Positions 1 to 8,813 of a DNA stretch of 64,000 nt are shown here, one piece after another. The notes beneath the pieces are model-generated. The model was not told where the DNA came from, searched no databases, and saw only the letters and a program-made list of their open reading frames with translations. Source of the DNA: a virus; IMG/VR virus record IMGVR_UViG_3300040960_001746. One strand, written 5' to 3'. Made by a program: the position numbers and the translations under genes. Position 1 is the first letter of the stretch. Every line of letters starts with the position of its first letter.

Positions 1-143
1 ACAAAGGAATACTTGTCTGTTTCATAACAACACTCCTCTGAGAATGTTAAATTCATTTCTTCTGATTCTAGGTGATCCAATGGATCCGTTATGGCATCTT
101 CTCTAACATACCATACTCCGTTTATTTCTATTCTATTTTCCAT
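1..143 (-). CDS. Hypothetical protein, partial (runs off left edge)
   Basis: Not in ORF track; ATG at 141-143 overlaps the end of the upstream gene and reads MENRIEINGVWYVREDAITD... with no stop before base 1. Confidence 0.7.
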   Translation of the reverse strand, partial: MENRIEINGVWYVREDAITDPLDHLESEEMNLTFSEECCYETDKYSF

Positions 144-399
144 CTTTTTTAATTACTCTTTTTTCTAATAAATTAATCAATGCTTGCACCTCACCAAATT
201 CAGTAAATCTGATTGCTGGTTCTGTATTGAAAATTTCAACATACCAATGATTATCATCTTTAACCTCATCAGATACGTTTGAGATAAACCCTAACCCCAT
301 AGCAATTTTATATGAATAGTAGTGATACTTATCCCAATCGCCACCACCGTTATCATATTTTTTTTCAAACCCTAATAATTGTATTTCCTTTTCCGTCAT
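133..399 (-). CDS. Hypothetical phage protein
   Basis: 88-aa ORF tightly packed in the minus-strand operon. Confidence 0.75.
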   Translation of the reverse strand: MTEKEIQLLGFEKKYDNGGGDWDKYHYYSYKIAMGLGFISNVSDEVKDDNHWYVEIFNTEPAIRFTEFGEVQALINLLEKRVIKKDGK

Positions 400-410
400 A
401 CTTTATAAAT

Positions 411-797
411 TTAATTATCACTCAATAAATCTTGTGATTGTAATTTAAACATTTCTTCTGTTATCTCATCAGGATTTAACCAACCAATAACATCAATATT
501 ACCATAACCATCATCATAACCCAATTCAAAGGTTTTAACACCATCACCATAAAGTCCATTGGCACCACCAACAACTGATGCGAATTGTCCATTATCAAAT
601 TTTAAAAACGCGTGTACACCTTCACCCAACCTATGAGGTTTAAATCTTAAATCTTCAAATGTTTTTAAATCTTCAGGATAAACCTTTTTTATGAAATCAA
701 AATCATGATCCATCAATAAAAGGTTATTAAACTTTTCATAATTAGGTTTATCTTTAAATTCTTCTTTTATTTTTGATATGTACTTATCTAACTCCAT
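411..797 (-). CDS. Hypothetical phage protein
   Basis: 128-aa ORF directly downstream of a Bacteroidota-type promoter. Confidence 0.75.
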   Translation of the reverse strand: MELDKYISKIKEEFKDKPNYEKFNNLLLMDHDFDFIKKVYPEDLKTFEDLRFKPHRLGEGVHAFLKFDNGQFASVVGGANGLYGDGVKTFELGYDDGYGNIDVIGWLNPDEITEEMFKLQSQDLLSDN

Positions 798-813
798 ATT
801 ATTTTAATATAGA

Positions 814-845
814 CAAATATAGAAATTTTTTTTTAATAAAACAAA
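814..845 (-). promoter_or_regulatory. Bacteroidota sigma70-type promoter (TTTG-N20-TATATTTG)
   Basis: + strand caaatata 814-821 and caaa 842-845; matches the -33 TTTG / -7 TAnnTTTG consensus. Confidence 0.7.
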
Positions 846-850
846 TAAAT

Positions 851-1063
851 TTAAATAAAACCGTTTTCTTTTAGTTCATGGTTAGACGGATACCCAATTT
901 GTTTTTCACAAACAAGACAAATTTTAACAACCCTTTTGTCTTTTTCTTTAAAAATTAGTTTATGTTCTTTGTGATCACAAGATGACTGTATCTCTTCGAT
1001 ATCTTCCTTTAAGGACTTAATTTTCATTTTTATATCTTCAACCTTTTTATCATTATTTTCCAA
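851..1063 (-). CDS. Small coiled-coil and Zn-ribbon-like protein
   Basis: N-terminal heptads, then CDH...CLVC. Confidence 0.6.
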   Translation of the reverse strand: MENNDKKVEDIKMKIKSLKEDIEEIQSSCDHKEHKLIFKEKDKRVVKICLVCEKQIGYPSNHELKENGFI

Positions 1064-1163
1064 AATATTGTTTTTAATGACTACTTAGTTTACTAAAAAT
1101 GAAACAAATACTAACTAAGCATTTATTGTTTCGTATATAATAAATATCTAACTTTTAATAAAA

Positions 1164-2078
1164 CTACTGATTTCTCTCTTTGTAGAGTCTCATCATTCTA
1201 TCTCTAGCATATTCACAATAGTCTTCCACTAAGTCAATTCCGATGTATTGTCTTCCCATTTTAGAAGATGCGTATGGTGTAGTACCTGTACCTGAGAAGT
1301 TATCTAAAACAATATCATTCGGTTCTGAATAAAGATCGATAAAGTATTTCGCAAACTCTGAAGAGAATGTCGCCTCATGTCCTTCAACCTTACCATCATT
1401 ATTTCTCGCCTCAATGAAATTATAGTATGTTCTAAAGTATCTTTGTCCTGTTTTAGATATTGATGAAACAGTTTTATTGGCTTTAAAATCAGGGTTCTTT
1501 GCAAATATATAAACCATTTCAACAATTCTAGTCATTCTGTTTGGATGTCCGCTCAATGGTACACAAGATTTCTTCTTCCAAGATGCAGTATCATATATTT
1601 GTAAACCAGTGTTCTCAAATACCTCATTAATTAATATATAAGGTAATGATGGGTTAAATGTCGTATAACTATAATTAAATACAATAACACCATCATCAGA
1701 TAATATTCTTTCGTATTCTTTAAATACATCTACCAACCAACTTAGATATTCTTTAACTGGTTGGTTATCTTTAATAATATCTTTCGCACCAGGATATTTG
1801 TGATTGTCTTTTCTTAATGATGCAAGATATGGTGGAGATGTTAAAATAAGATTAATCGATTTATCATTAATCTTTTTCATTGTCTCAACAGTATCCCCAC
1901 AATATATTTCATTTGTAATTAATCCTACGTCTGTGGGATTTGTCTCATCAAAAATTTCCTCTAAATCATCGAATACGTCATCTTCAAATAAAACTTCTTC
2001 TGTTGATCCAGTTGTAAATTCTTCGACATCAAACAATAAAATTTGACTGTCTATTTTTCTTTTCGGTCTTTTTGCCAT
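1164..2078 (-). CDS. DNA methyltransferase, beta class (N4-cytosine or N6-adenine)
   Basis: Catalytic TSPPY precedes SAM-binding VLDNFSGTGTT and YIGID; SPPY favours m4C; basic then acidic N-terminal extension. Confidence 0.9.
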   Translation of the reverse strand: MAKRPKRKIDSQILLFDVEEFTTGSTEEVLFEDDVFDDLEEIFDETNPTDVGLITNEIYCGDTVETMKKINDKSINLILTSPPYLASLRKDNHKYPGAKDIIKDNQPVKEYLSWLVDVFKEYERILSDDGVIVFNYSYTTFNPSLPYILINEVFENTGLQIYDTASWKKKSCVPLSGHPNRMTRIVEMVYIFAKNPDFKANKTVSSISKTGQRYFRTYYNFIEARNNDGKVEGHEATFSSEFAKYFIDLYSEPNDIVLDNFSGTGTTPYASSKMGRQYIGIDLVEDYCEYARDRMMRLYKERNQ

Positions 2079-2080
2079 AA

Positions 2081-2989
2081 TTATAAAAATGAATGTTTAA
2101 ACATATCTAATTGTTCTCCGTATACAGGTAATACATTAGGATTTTCACCATAATTCATTATAAGTAATTCTTCACCCATATTTTGTTTTTTACCACTTCT
2201 AGCTGCGGCAGCTTTTGCAAATTCTTTCATCTCCCAAACATATTCGTGTTTAGGAAACCATTCTTTTAACAAAGGAAAGTCATAATAACTTAATGAAAAC
2301 TTACCTTTCATATTTTTTAATGACTCCGCTAGTCTTTCATGATCGTTTCTATCGAAGTCGTGATTAGAATAATAGTTTTCTGTTTTCCAATAAGGTGGAT
2401 CCACATAAAAGTATGTAGTTTCAGAATCATATTTCTCAATCACTTCTTGAAAATCCATATTTTCGACAAAAGTAATTTTATCAAAATGTTTTCTATATTC
2501 TGGATTCTTTAACTTATCCATAAAGATAAGAACTTTACATCTGTATTTCCCTTTGTAATCCATATATGAAGATGTCTCTGGTTTTGATCCTGAGAAAATC
2601 TGAGTCAAAACATAAACATACTTTGCGGCAATCTCATATTTATTTTCTTGTGTAATAGTAACCCCACTATGAAATACCTGTTGTTGGTATTCGTTAAACA
2701 TATCTTCATACTCTGATGGTGTATCTGTAACACCTAATTGTTGACAAGGGTATTTAGATAGTTCATCCCATAACCTATCATAATCATTACAACAATCAAA
2801 TAGGTTTGCATTCAAACCATTAAAATCATTATATACTACAGTCTTAAGATTCGGATACTTACTTAAATCCATTTTAAAGAATACCCAAAACATACCACCA
2901 AATGTTTCTACATAAGTTTCAATGTCTCTAGGGATAAATGGTACAATCCATTTAGATATTCTCGCTTTACCACCAATATAACTTATCAT
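2081..2989 (-). CDS. Dam-like (D12 class) DNA adenine methyltransferase
   Basis: YIGGK, YVETFGG (motif I), VYND, FYVDPPY (motif IV), EELLIMNY. Confidence 0.9.
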   Translation of the reverse strand: MISYIGGKARISKWIVPFIPRDIETYVETFGGMFWVFFKMDLSKYPNLKTVVYNDFNGLNANLFDCCNDYDRLWDELSKYPCQQLGVTDTPSEYEDMFNEYQQQVFHSGVTITQENKYEIAAKYVYVLTQIFSGSKPETSSYMDYKGKYRCKVLIFMDKLKNPEYRKHFDKITFVENMDFQEVIEKYDSETTYFYVDPPYWKTENYYSNHDFDRNDHERLAESLKNMKGKFSLSYYDFPLLKEWFPKHEYVWEMKEFAKAAAARSGKKQNMGEELLIMNYGENPNVLPVYGEQLDMFKHSFL

Positions 2990-3007
2990 CTGTTCTTTTT
3001 AATAAAG

Positions 3008-3658
3008 TTAATACGTAATACCCAATTTGTCAAGTATTGTTTTGACAAATATAAGTATTTTATTTTTAATAGTCAATTTTTGTTTTAACCTAAACACAAT
3101 TGTTAACCTATGATAGTTTTCAAATATAGGTGCGTATTCACCTTTATTGATAACCCACTTAAATTCTAATTCAGAATAAGGGATAAAACCGTCTCTAGTA
3201 TATAAACCACTATTTGATTTATAAATATTTTCTAATATAATTTTATTATATTTTTTCCACCATTTAGTTTTAGTCATTCTATATATAAAATCATTATACT
3301 CATTACAATCTTTAAAGTTATCATAATATGGATTGCCTTCACCCCATTTACTTCTACAAGGGGAAACTTTAATTATAGGTTCTGAGTAAAGTCTAAATTT
3401 GTTAAGATCTCGTTTATAGTATTTTTTAATCTCGTAAAGAACACCATTAACATCTTTTGCGTCCGCCTTAACAAATTTAGACTCTTCAATGATTGGTTTA
3501 AATAGTTCGGGATCTTTATTTAAGGACATTAATCTCTCAACATTATTTCTACCAACACCACTCCATTTAATTCTAGGTGCTTTAATATAACGCTCAAAGT
3601 TTTCTTTCTCCCTAACTTCTCTTTCAAAAGAGTAACCTGAAATTGCACGTATCTGCAT
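3008..3658 (-). CDS. Putative PD-(D/E)XK nuclease
   Basis: GYSFEREV helix...KADAKD...YEIKKY gives an E/D/ExK arrangement; adjacent to two MTases. Confidence 0.45.
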   Translation of the reverse strand: MQIRAISGYSFEREVREKENFERYIKAPRIKWSGVGRNNVERLMSLNKDPELFKPIIEESKFVKADAKDVNGVLYEIKKYYKRDLNKFRLYSEPIIKVSPCRSKWGEGNPYYDNFKDCNEYNDFIYRMTKTKWWKKYNKIILENIYKSNSGLYTRDGFIPYSELEFKWVINKGEYAPIFENYHRLTIVFRLKQKLTIKNKILIFVKTILDKLGITY

Positions 3659-3683
3659 AACTACGTAGTGTGTAACTACTTTA

Positions 3684-3878
3684 TTATTGGTTTATTGATA
3701 GTGCCTGTGCTCTCATTTGTGTTTTAATACCCTCCACTTTACTAAGGAGGAATTCCATATCTTCTTCAGATAATTCTTTTGTTTCGGACCATTTCATACC
3801 CAAAACACTCATAAGTTCCCAACACTTATCTTGTTCTGTTAAGTTGGGATCTGTTGCAGTTTTATTAATTTGACTCAT
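3684..3878 (-). CDS. Hypothetical protein
   Basis: 64-aa ORF in operon. Confidence 0.6.
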   Translation of the reverse strand: MSQINKTATDPNLTEQDKCWELMSVLGMKWSETKELSEEDMEFLLSKVEGIKTQMRAQALSINQ

Positions 3879-3901
3879 AACTTTCTATTTTATTTAATCT
3901 A

Positions 3902-4327
3902 TTATTTTTTTGCGTCTTCTTCGATTTTCTTTTGTTCTAACAATGTTACCATACTTTCTTTAATTGAAAGGTAGGTATCAATATCATAATGTCTCAATAC
4001 ACCACTGAAAGTTGTAATGTCGTGTGACACAATACTAATCTTATCTTTGTCAATGTCATATACAATCTGAGCCAACAAATCTTTAACAACATATTCTTTT
4101 TGGTTATCTTCTAACTGATCGAAAATAGGTTCGTTAACTTGAATTACAATATCGTAATCAGTCATAAATTTAACGATGTCACTTGTTTTAGATACCTTCC
4201 CAAACTCTTTCTTAATACCCTCATTAGAAAGGATTTTAAATTTTACCAATCTAGGTATTTGTGATTGTTCAATGTGTTTTTGGAATAACTCCAATGTGTC
4301 TTCATAGACTTCTTCAAACTTTGCCAT
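3902..4327 (-). CDS. Phage metallopeptidase-like protein, probably inactive
   Basis: YDIVIQVNE..FDQL...Q...V and HDITTFSGVLRHY match the family, but the HELxH position reads KDLLAQ. Confidence 0.55.
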   Translation of the reverse strand: MAKFEEVYEDTLELFQKHIEQSQIPRLVKFKILSNEGIKKEFGKVSKTSDIVKFMTDYDIVIQVNEPIFDQLEDNQKEYVVKDLLAQIVYDIDKDKISIVSHDITTFSGVLRHYDIDTYLSIKESMVTLLEQKKIEEDAKK

Positions 4328-4461
4328 TTTTTAACTTTTTGTTTAATAATAACCACTTCCTTATTAAAGATGGGTAAGATAGTGGTACGAATTTACTATT
4401 TGGTTTTGTTTTTCCCATCTTTTTTAATTTTGTTTAAGTATAAAGATTATATTTTAAAAAA

Positions 4462-5481
4462 TCAAACAGATAGTGAATTAATTTTTTCTTCATCTTCTTT
4501 TGAGACTTCTTTAGGTATATCTAACCATACTTCTAATAACATATCACCAGTCTCATTCCCTCTAACAAATCCTTTTGTTGGTATTCTTAACATTGTACCT
4601 ACATCGGTACCTTTTTTGATTTTAAATTTTATCTTACCATCCATTGTGTCTATTTGTACATTATCGTTACCCAACACAAGATCCTTATATGTTAACTTTA
4701 TTGTTTGGTGTATGTCGTTACCTACTCTTCTAAACTTTTCGTGTGGTATCTCAACAAAATTAATAATCAAGTCTCCATCGATACCATTCTTAATCGCATT
4801 ACCCATTGCATTAACACGCAACATCTCTCCCTCCATCAAACCTCTAGGAATGTCAAATTCATATTCCACCTCCCCTAATTTAACACCATTACCACCACAA
4901 CTATTACAAGGTTTAATCAACATCTCACCAGAACCTTGACAGTTAGAACACATTACAGTGTTTTGAATCCTACCAAAAGGAGTATTCTGTACCTGATTAA
5001 CTACACCTTGTCCATTACAAGATGTACATTTAGATGTTTCACCACCTGTATTATTACAATCAGAACATTTGTTATTTTTACGATACTTTATTTTTTTATG
5101 TACACCGTTAAATAAATCTTCTAGAGATACTTTAATGTTAATTCTTATATCGTTACCCTTCCTTCTTCTATTTTGTTTTTGTCTCCCCCCAAATGGATTC
5201 CCACCACCAAAGAAAGAAGAAAATATATCATCCATATCCATACCACCAAATGGATTACCCCTACCATCTGCACTACCAAACCTATCGTAGTTACTTCTTT
5301 TTTCTGGATCAGACAGAACAGAATATGCTTCAGCAATATCCTTAAACTTTTCTTCCGCTTCTTTATTATTCGGATTTAAGTCTGGGTGATATTGTTTAGA
5401 TAATTTCCTGTAAGATTTTTTAATTTCAGATTCATTCGCATCTTTATTAACACCTAATATACTATAGTAATCTTTACTCAT
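4462..5481 (-). CDS. dnaJ: Chaperone DnaJ (class A)
   Basis: J domain with HPD, G/F-rich linker, four CxxCxGxG-type repeats, C-terminal substrate-binding domain. Confidence 0.95.
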   Translation of the reverse strand: MSKDYYSILGVNKDANESEIKKSYRKLSKQYHPDLNPNNKEAEEKFKDIAEAYSVLSDPEKRSNYDRFGSADGRGNPFGGMDMDDIFSSFFGGGNPFGGRQKQNRRRKGNDIRINIKVSLEDLFNGVHKKIKYRKNNKCSDCNNTGGETSKCTSCNGQGVVNQVQNTPFGRIQNTVMCSNCQGSGEMLIKPCNSCGGNGVKLGEVEYEFDIPRGLMEGEMLRVNAMGNAIKNGIDGDLIINFVEIPHEKFRRVGNDIHQTIKLTYKDLVLGNDNVQIDTMDGKIKFKIKKGTDVGTMLRIPTKGFVRGNETGDMLLEVWLDIPKEVSKEDEEKINSLSV

Positions 5482-5541
5482 CTTTGTTTGCCTTAATATT
5501 TATTTATTAGTAATAATAAGTATTTTTATTAAAAAAATAAA

Positions 5542-6195
5542 GTGATGCGTTATAAAATTATAATAACCAAAGACGGTAAAAAGAAAAAAGTCCTTTATGA
5601 AGGGCCCAATGAAAACATCGCAAAAGAAAAATATTATAATACAAAGGATAACAATAAAGTGTTATTCCCCAAAGAAAATAACGCATACAAAAAAGTAAAA
5701 CCTGTTAATTATGAAATAATGTTTCTTAAAGAAAAGGAAGATAGTGACACACCTTTTTATGTTAGGGATGAATTAGGTAGAACAAAACCTGTGGATATTA
5801 ATAGTGATCAATGGAGTTTAGTACATAAAGATGATTACTACTATGAAGAGAAGTTTACTGTGTTTGGATACGACAAAAGATTAGAAACTAAAGAAATAAT
5901 AAAATATATCTTATTAAGAAAGAATAAAGTAGATAAGATAAAACAAGTTAATTATGTAATTAATAAGGTTTTAATATATCAGAATGGTGACTTTGATATT
6001 ATAGTTTGTAAAAATAACTCTGACGCCAAAAGATTATATAAAACTTTAAAGGAATTTTCTGAAACTAATAAAGTGAATAATATAATGTTTACTGGTTTGG
6101 TTGGTAAAAGAAATAGAACTAAACTTTATAAAAGAATTGTAGAAAAAACAGGATGGACAATTAACAAAACTTATCGATCGTCCACCCGTCCTTAA
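5542..6195 (+). CDS. Hypothetical basic protein
   Basis: 217-aa Lys-rich ORF preceded by ATATTTAT at 5496-5503. Confidence 0.75.
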   Translation: MMRYKIIITKDGKKKKVLYEGPNENIAKEKYYNTKDNNKVLFPKENNAYKKVKPVNYEIMFLKEKEDSDTPFYVRDELGRTKPVDINSDQWSLVHKDDYYYEEKFTVFGYDKRLETKEIIKYILLRKNKVDKIKQVNYVINKVLIYQNGDFDIIVCKNNSDAKRLYKTLKEFSETNKVNNIMFTGLVGKRNRTKLYKRIVEKTGWTINKTYRSSTRP

Positions 6196-6197
6196 CC

Positions 6198-6674
6198 TTA
6201 TTCCTCTACACCAACTTGAAACTTATTAGTTAAGTCTTCAATAAGATCATTAAGTTTATCAAACTCATTTTGATCTTCAATGTAAACAGGATTCACACAC
6301 ACAATCTTTTCTTGTTCTTCAGTAGGTAAAAAGAATAACCTAACATCATCTCCCCTATTTTCCAAATATTGTTTTACATTCTCACCATAGGTTGCAATCA
6401 TTTCTCTATTAGTGAATAAATCTTTTTGTAAATAAAATACTAAAATAAGTGGTGAGTATGTTCTATTTTGAACTCTGAACTTTTCTAATGAAACAAAATT
6501 TATATTATCGGTATTAATATCATGTGTTTCACTTAATTCATTTTCTTTATTTAGTCTTTCTTCTTCACCAAACACTTCAAAACATTCTAAAGCGTTCCCA
6601 TTATCATCCATAAGATATACCAAATATCCTCTTACTCCTTTTTCTAATGAATGATTTTTAGTAACTATTTTCAT
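6198..6674 (-). CDS. Hypothetical protein
   Basis: 158-aa ORF convergent with the previous gene. Confidence 0.75.
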   Translation of the reverse strand: MKIVTKNHSLEKGVRGYLVYLMDDNGNALECFEVFGEEERLNKENELSETHDINTDNINFVSLEKFRVQNRTYSPLILVFYLQKDLFTNREMIATYGENVKQYLENRGDDVRLFFLPTEEQEKIVCVNPVYIEDQNEFDKLNDLIEDLTNKFQVGVEE

Positions 6675-6745
6675 AATTTATATTTATCCTTTTATTATTA
6701 ATATAATATTACCGAAAATTTTTGACATAGTAAACAGTTTAAAAT

Positions 6746-6780
6746 AAAAAAGGGAAAGTATTTTATTACTCTCCCTTTTT
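6746..6780 (-). terminator. Intrinsic terminator closing the vWA/ncRNA unit
   Basis: aaaaaaggga-a-agta-ttttat-tact-c-tcccttttt hairpin with A/T tails. Confidence 0.75.
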
Positions 6781-6789
6781 CAATTTTTT

Positions 6790-7089
6790 GGTGTCGGAAT
6801 GGTGATTCGACTTTTATTTAACGTGATGATCGTCCCCACGGTAGATTTTTAACTCAGCCCCACTGAGTGTCTTATTTTTACTTGTGACAAATCCAAGAGG
6901 GGTGTTTTACAACCTAAAGGATGGGACTATCCCATTTTAAACCTCACCTATGGTTGCCCCCTTTATAACTTTTGGGTAAAGGGAGAATAAAACCTCTGAC
7001 CTACATTCTAGTTTTTGAGAAAAGTTTGCAGAAACCATTCGTTTGTCGGATCTTAAAGGGGTATCGTTCTACCCCAAATCCAGTACACC
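6790..7089 (-). ncRNA. Candidate structured ncRNA A (~300 nt), putative partner of the Ro-like protein
   Basis: No credible ORF; 41% GC by hand count (6791-7090). Long-range pairs ggtgt 6790-94/acacc 7085-89 and gaatggt 6797-6803/accattc 7034-40. Internal hairpins actcag/ctgagt, atggga/tcccat, cccttta/taaaggg, ggggta/tacccc. Confidence 0.65.
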
Positions 7090-7096
7090 TTAATAC

Positions 7097-7260
7097 TTTG
7101 TGATATCGGAATCGTTTAGTCACTTTCCCTAACTCTGAGTGGTCCCCCGACTAATCGGTTTACACCCTTGTGGTTAGGTGGGTTAACCAAGCCCTTCTCC
7201 ATTTGTAGCTTGAATTTAAAGTTAAAAAATTTGCTGCAATTATTCCTTAACTATCACAAA
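7097..7260 (-). ncRNA. Candidate structured ncRNA B (~164 nt)
   Basis: 9-bp closing stem tttgtgata 7097-7105/tatcacaaa 7252-60; inner ggaat/attcc; hairpins ccga/tcgg and tggtta/taacca; shares terminal motifs with RNA A. Confidence 0.6.
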
Positions 7261-7280
7261 ATATCTTTTCAAAGAACGTT

Positions 7281-8699
7281 CTATACAGTTACTACACTGT
7301 ATCTTTCGTCATTCACAGTATCCATCAATATGGATTCTGGTGTCATATCCTTTCCACCCAAAATGGACTTCAGAATAGACGGACTAAAACCTGATACCAA
7401 TGCCGTACCATTTTTGTCAAACTCCACTGGGAAATTACCCCCTTTGGCGTTTAGGTTCCAATAAATGATATCTGGTTTAGTGTATCCCATTTCTTCGTAC
7501 ATCGCCTCAATCATAGACTGTGCAGAGAATTCATCTCTTCTTGTCGCTTGATTGAACTGCATATCCGATAAAATTAGGATCTTAGTCGGCATATTATCTT
7601 CAGGTACGTTGTTAATTTTCGCCTGATTCAAAATAAGGTTAAACACCGCCTCTAAATCAGTAGACATTCCCCAATCCGCTCTTCTTAACTGATATAATCT
7701 ATCTCTTAGAGATCCAGTTAAGTATTGTAACTGAGGGTTGTTTGAGAAAGTGATGAATGCATCTTTAAAGTTACCTTCATTTCTCTCCGAAATATAAATA
7801 CCCAAAGATATTGCCACATCCATACAAGATAGGTTAGGGTTTCCACCTACTTCAACACCCATAGATCCTGACACATCTACTACAGGTAGGATTCTTTCAA
7901 CAGAACCTTCCATCCAATTCGGTAGGGATTCCCATTGTTTGTTGTTCACAATGTCATCTCCCCCTTGATTCATAGACTTAATTATGTCATATGGGTATAC
8001 TGCCCCAGCGTTAACCTTCGCAGTTCCATCCAGTAAGGATTGTTTATACTCGTTGTATCTTTCTTTATCGTTTCTATTAAACGTCTTCTGATATCTAGAT
8101 GACGCAAGAGATGGTAGTTTTGAATAATCAATTGACTCCCAATCTCCCGCACACATCTTAGATTCCACAACGTCAGTTAGATCTACCAACATCTTTCTGT
8201 ATTGTTTAGGTGTGGTTCTAAACATTTTACGTAGTTTGTTGGCTACGACACCTTTTCTCGGCATCCACTTTGCACATAATCCGTCACCGTTTGATAATGC
8301 GGTTTTAATAAGTGAGAACATATCGTCCTCTAACTCTGTACCAAGTAGACCTAAAACATCGTCCCATCTTCCAAACTCTGGAATAAGTCCAATGTTCTTT
8401 CTAACCGTTTGTGGAGAATTAGTGGTTAGGTATGAGATAACATCTCTGAACACTTTGCGTTCACCTGCACCACCTCTAACATCTCTAACCCAAAATAGGA
8501 TTTTCGATGCAACTAATGGATTTTCATTGTACGCCTCACTGAAGAGTTTTACAACTTTATCCTTTGACTTACCTCTCATTGACCCAATGGAGAAAAACAA
8601 ATCTACACACTTATTAAGTGAAGTAGGATTTGTAACCATCCCGTTATCTGTTAAAGTAACATTCTGATTTTCCACCATATTAGTTTGAGAGTTGTTCAT
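7281..8699 (-). CDS. DUF2828-type Ro60/TROVE-related helical protein with C-terminal vWA domain
   Basis: TDNG, RDVRGGAGER, GRWDD, CAKWMPR, vWA MIDAS DVSGS, SDMQF, YWNL, VSGFSP. Confidence 0.85.
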   Translation of the reverse strand: MNNSQTNMVENQNVTLTDNGMVTNPTSLNKCVDLFFSIGSMRGKSKDKVVKLFSEAYNENPLVASKILFWVRDVRGGAGERKVFRDVISYLTTNSPQTVRKNIGLIPEFGRWDDVLGLLGTELEDDMFSLIKTALSNGDGLCAKWMPRKGVVANKLRKMFRTTPKQYRKMLVDLTDVVESKMCAGDWESIDYSKLPSLASSRYQKTFNRNDKERYNEYKQSLLDGTAKVNAGAVYPYDIIKSMNQGGDDIVNNKQWESLPNWMEGSVERILPVVDVSGSMGVEVGGNPNLSCMDVAISLGIYISERNEGNFKDAFITFSNNPQLQYLTGSLRDRLYQLRRADWGMSTDLEAVFNLILNQAKINNVPEDNMPTKILILSDMQFNQATRRDEFSAQSMIEAMYEEMGYTKPDIIYWNLNAKGGNFPVEFDKNGTALVSGFSPSILKSILGGKDMTPESILMDTVNDERYSVVTV

Positions 8700-8736
8700 A
8701 ATATATTTTTTAAGTCGTTTTTAATGTTTGTGAGTA

Positions 8737-8768
8737 CAAATATAGTAACTAATTATTGAAAAGTCAAA
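8737..8768 (-). promoter_or_regulatory. Bacteroidota sigma70-type promoter for the vWA/ncRNA unit
   Basis: caaatata 8737-44 and caaa 8765-68, 20-nt spacer. Confidence 0.7.
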
Positions 8769-8798
8769 TTTTTTTTAATTTTTTTTTAATTTTTTTAG

Positions 8799-8807
8799 AT
8801 ATTTATA
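8799..8807 (+). promoter_or_regulatory. Recurrent phage motif ATATTTATA (putative late promoter)
   Basis: Same sense-strand motif precedes about 15 genes in the window. Confidence 0.5.
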
Positions 8808-8813
8808 TTTTAT

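Noticed and set aside
4370-4939. Long antisense ORFs (also 8212-8667, 37655-38113, 46669-47130, 54698-55105 and others)
   Set aside because: Shadow frames of well-supported genes on the opposite strand
4462-5481. Phage dnaJ as a novelty
   Set aside because: Chaperone genes are common in large phages, and the domain structure is ordinary
6790-7260. tRNA, tmRNA or classical YrlA identity for the structured RNAs
   Set aside because: No cloverleaf with a canonical T-arm and CCA end, and no tag ORF could be built by eye
7168-7464. 98-aa plus-strand ORF across RNA B
   Set aside because: TTG start, antisense to the vWA gene, no recognisable protein features
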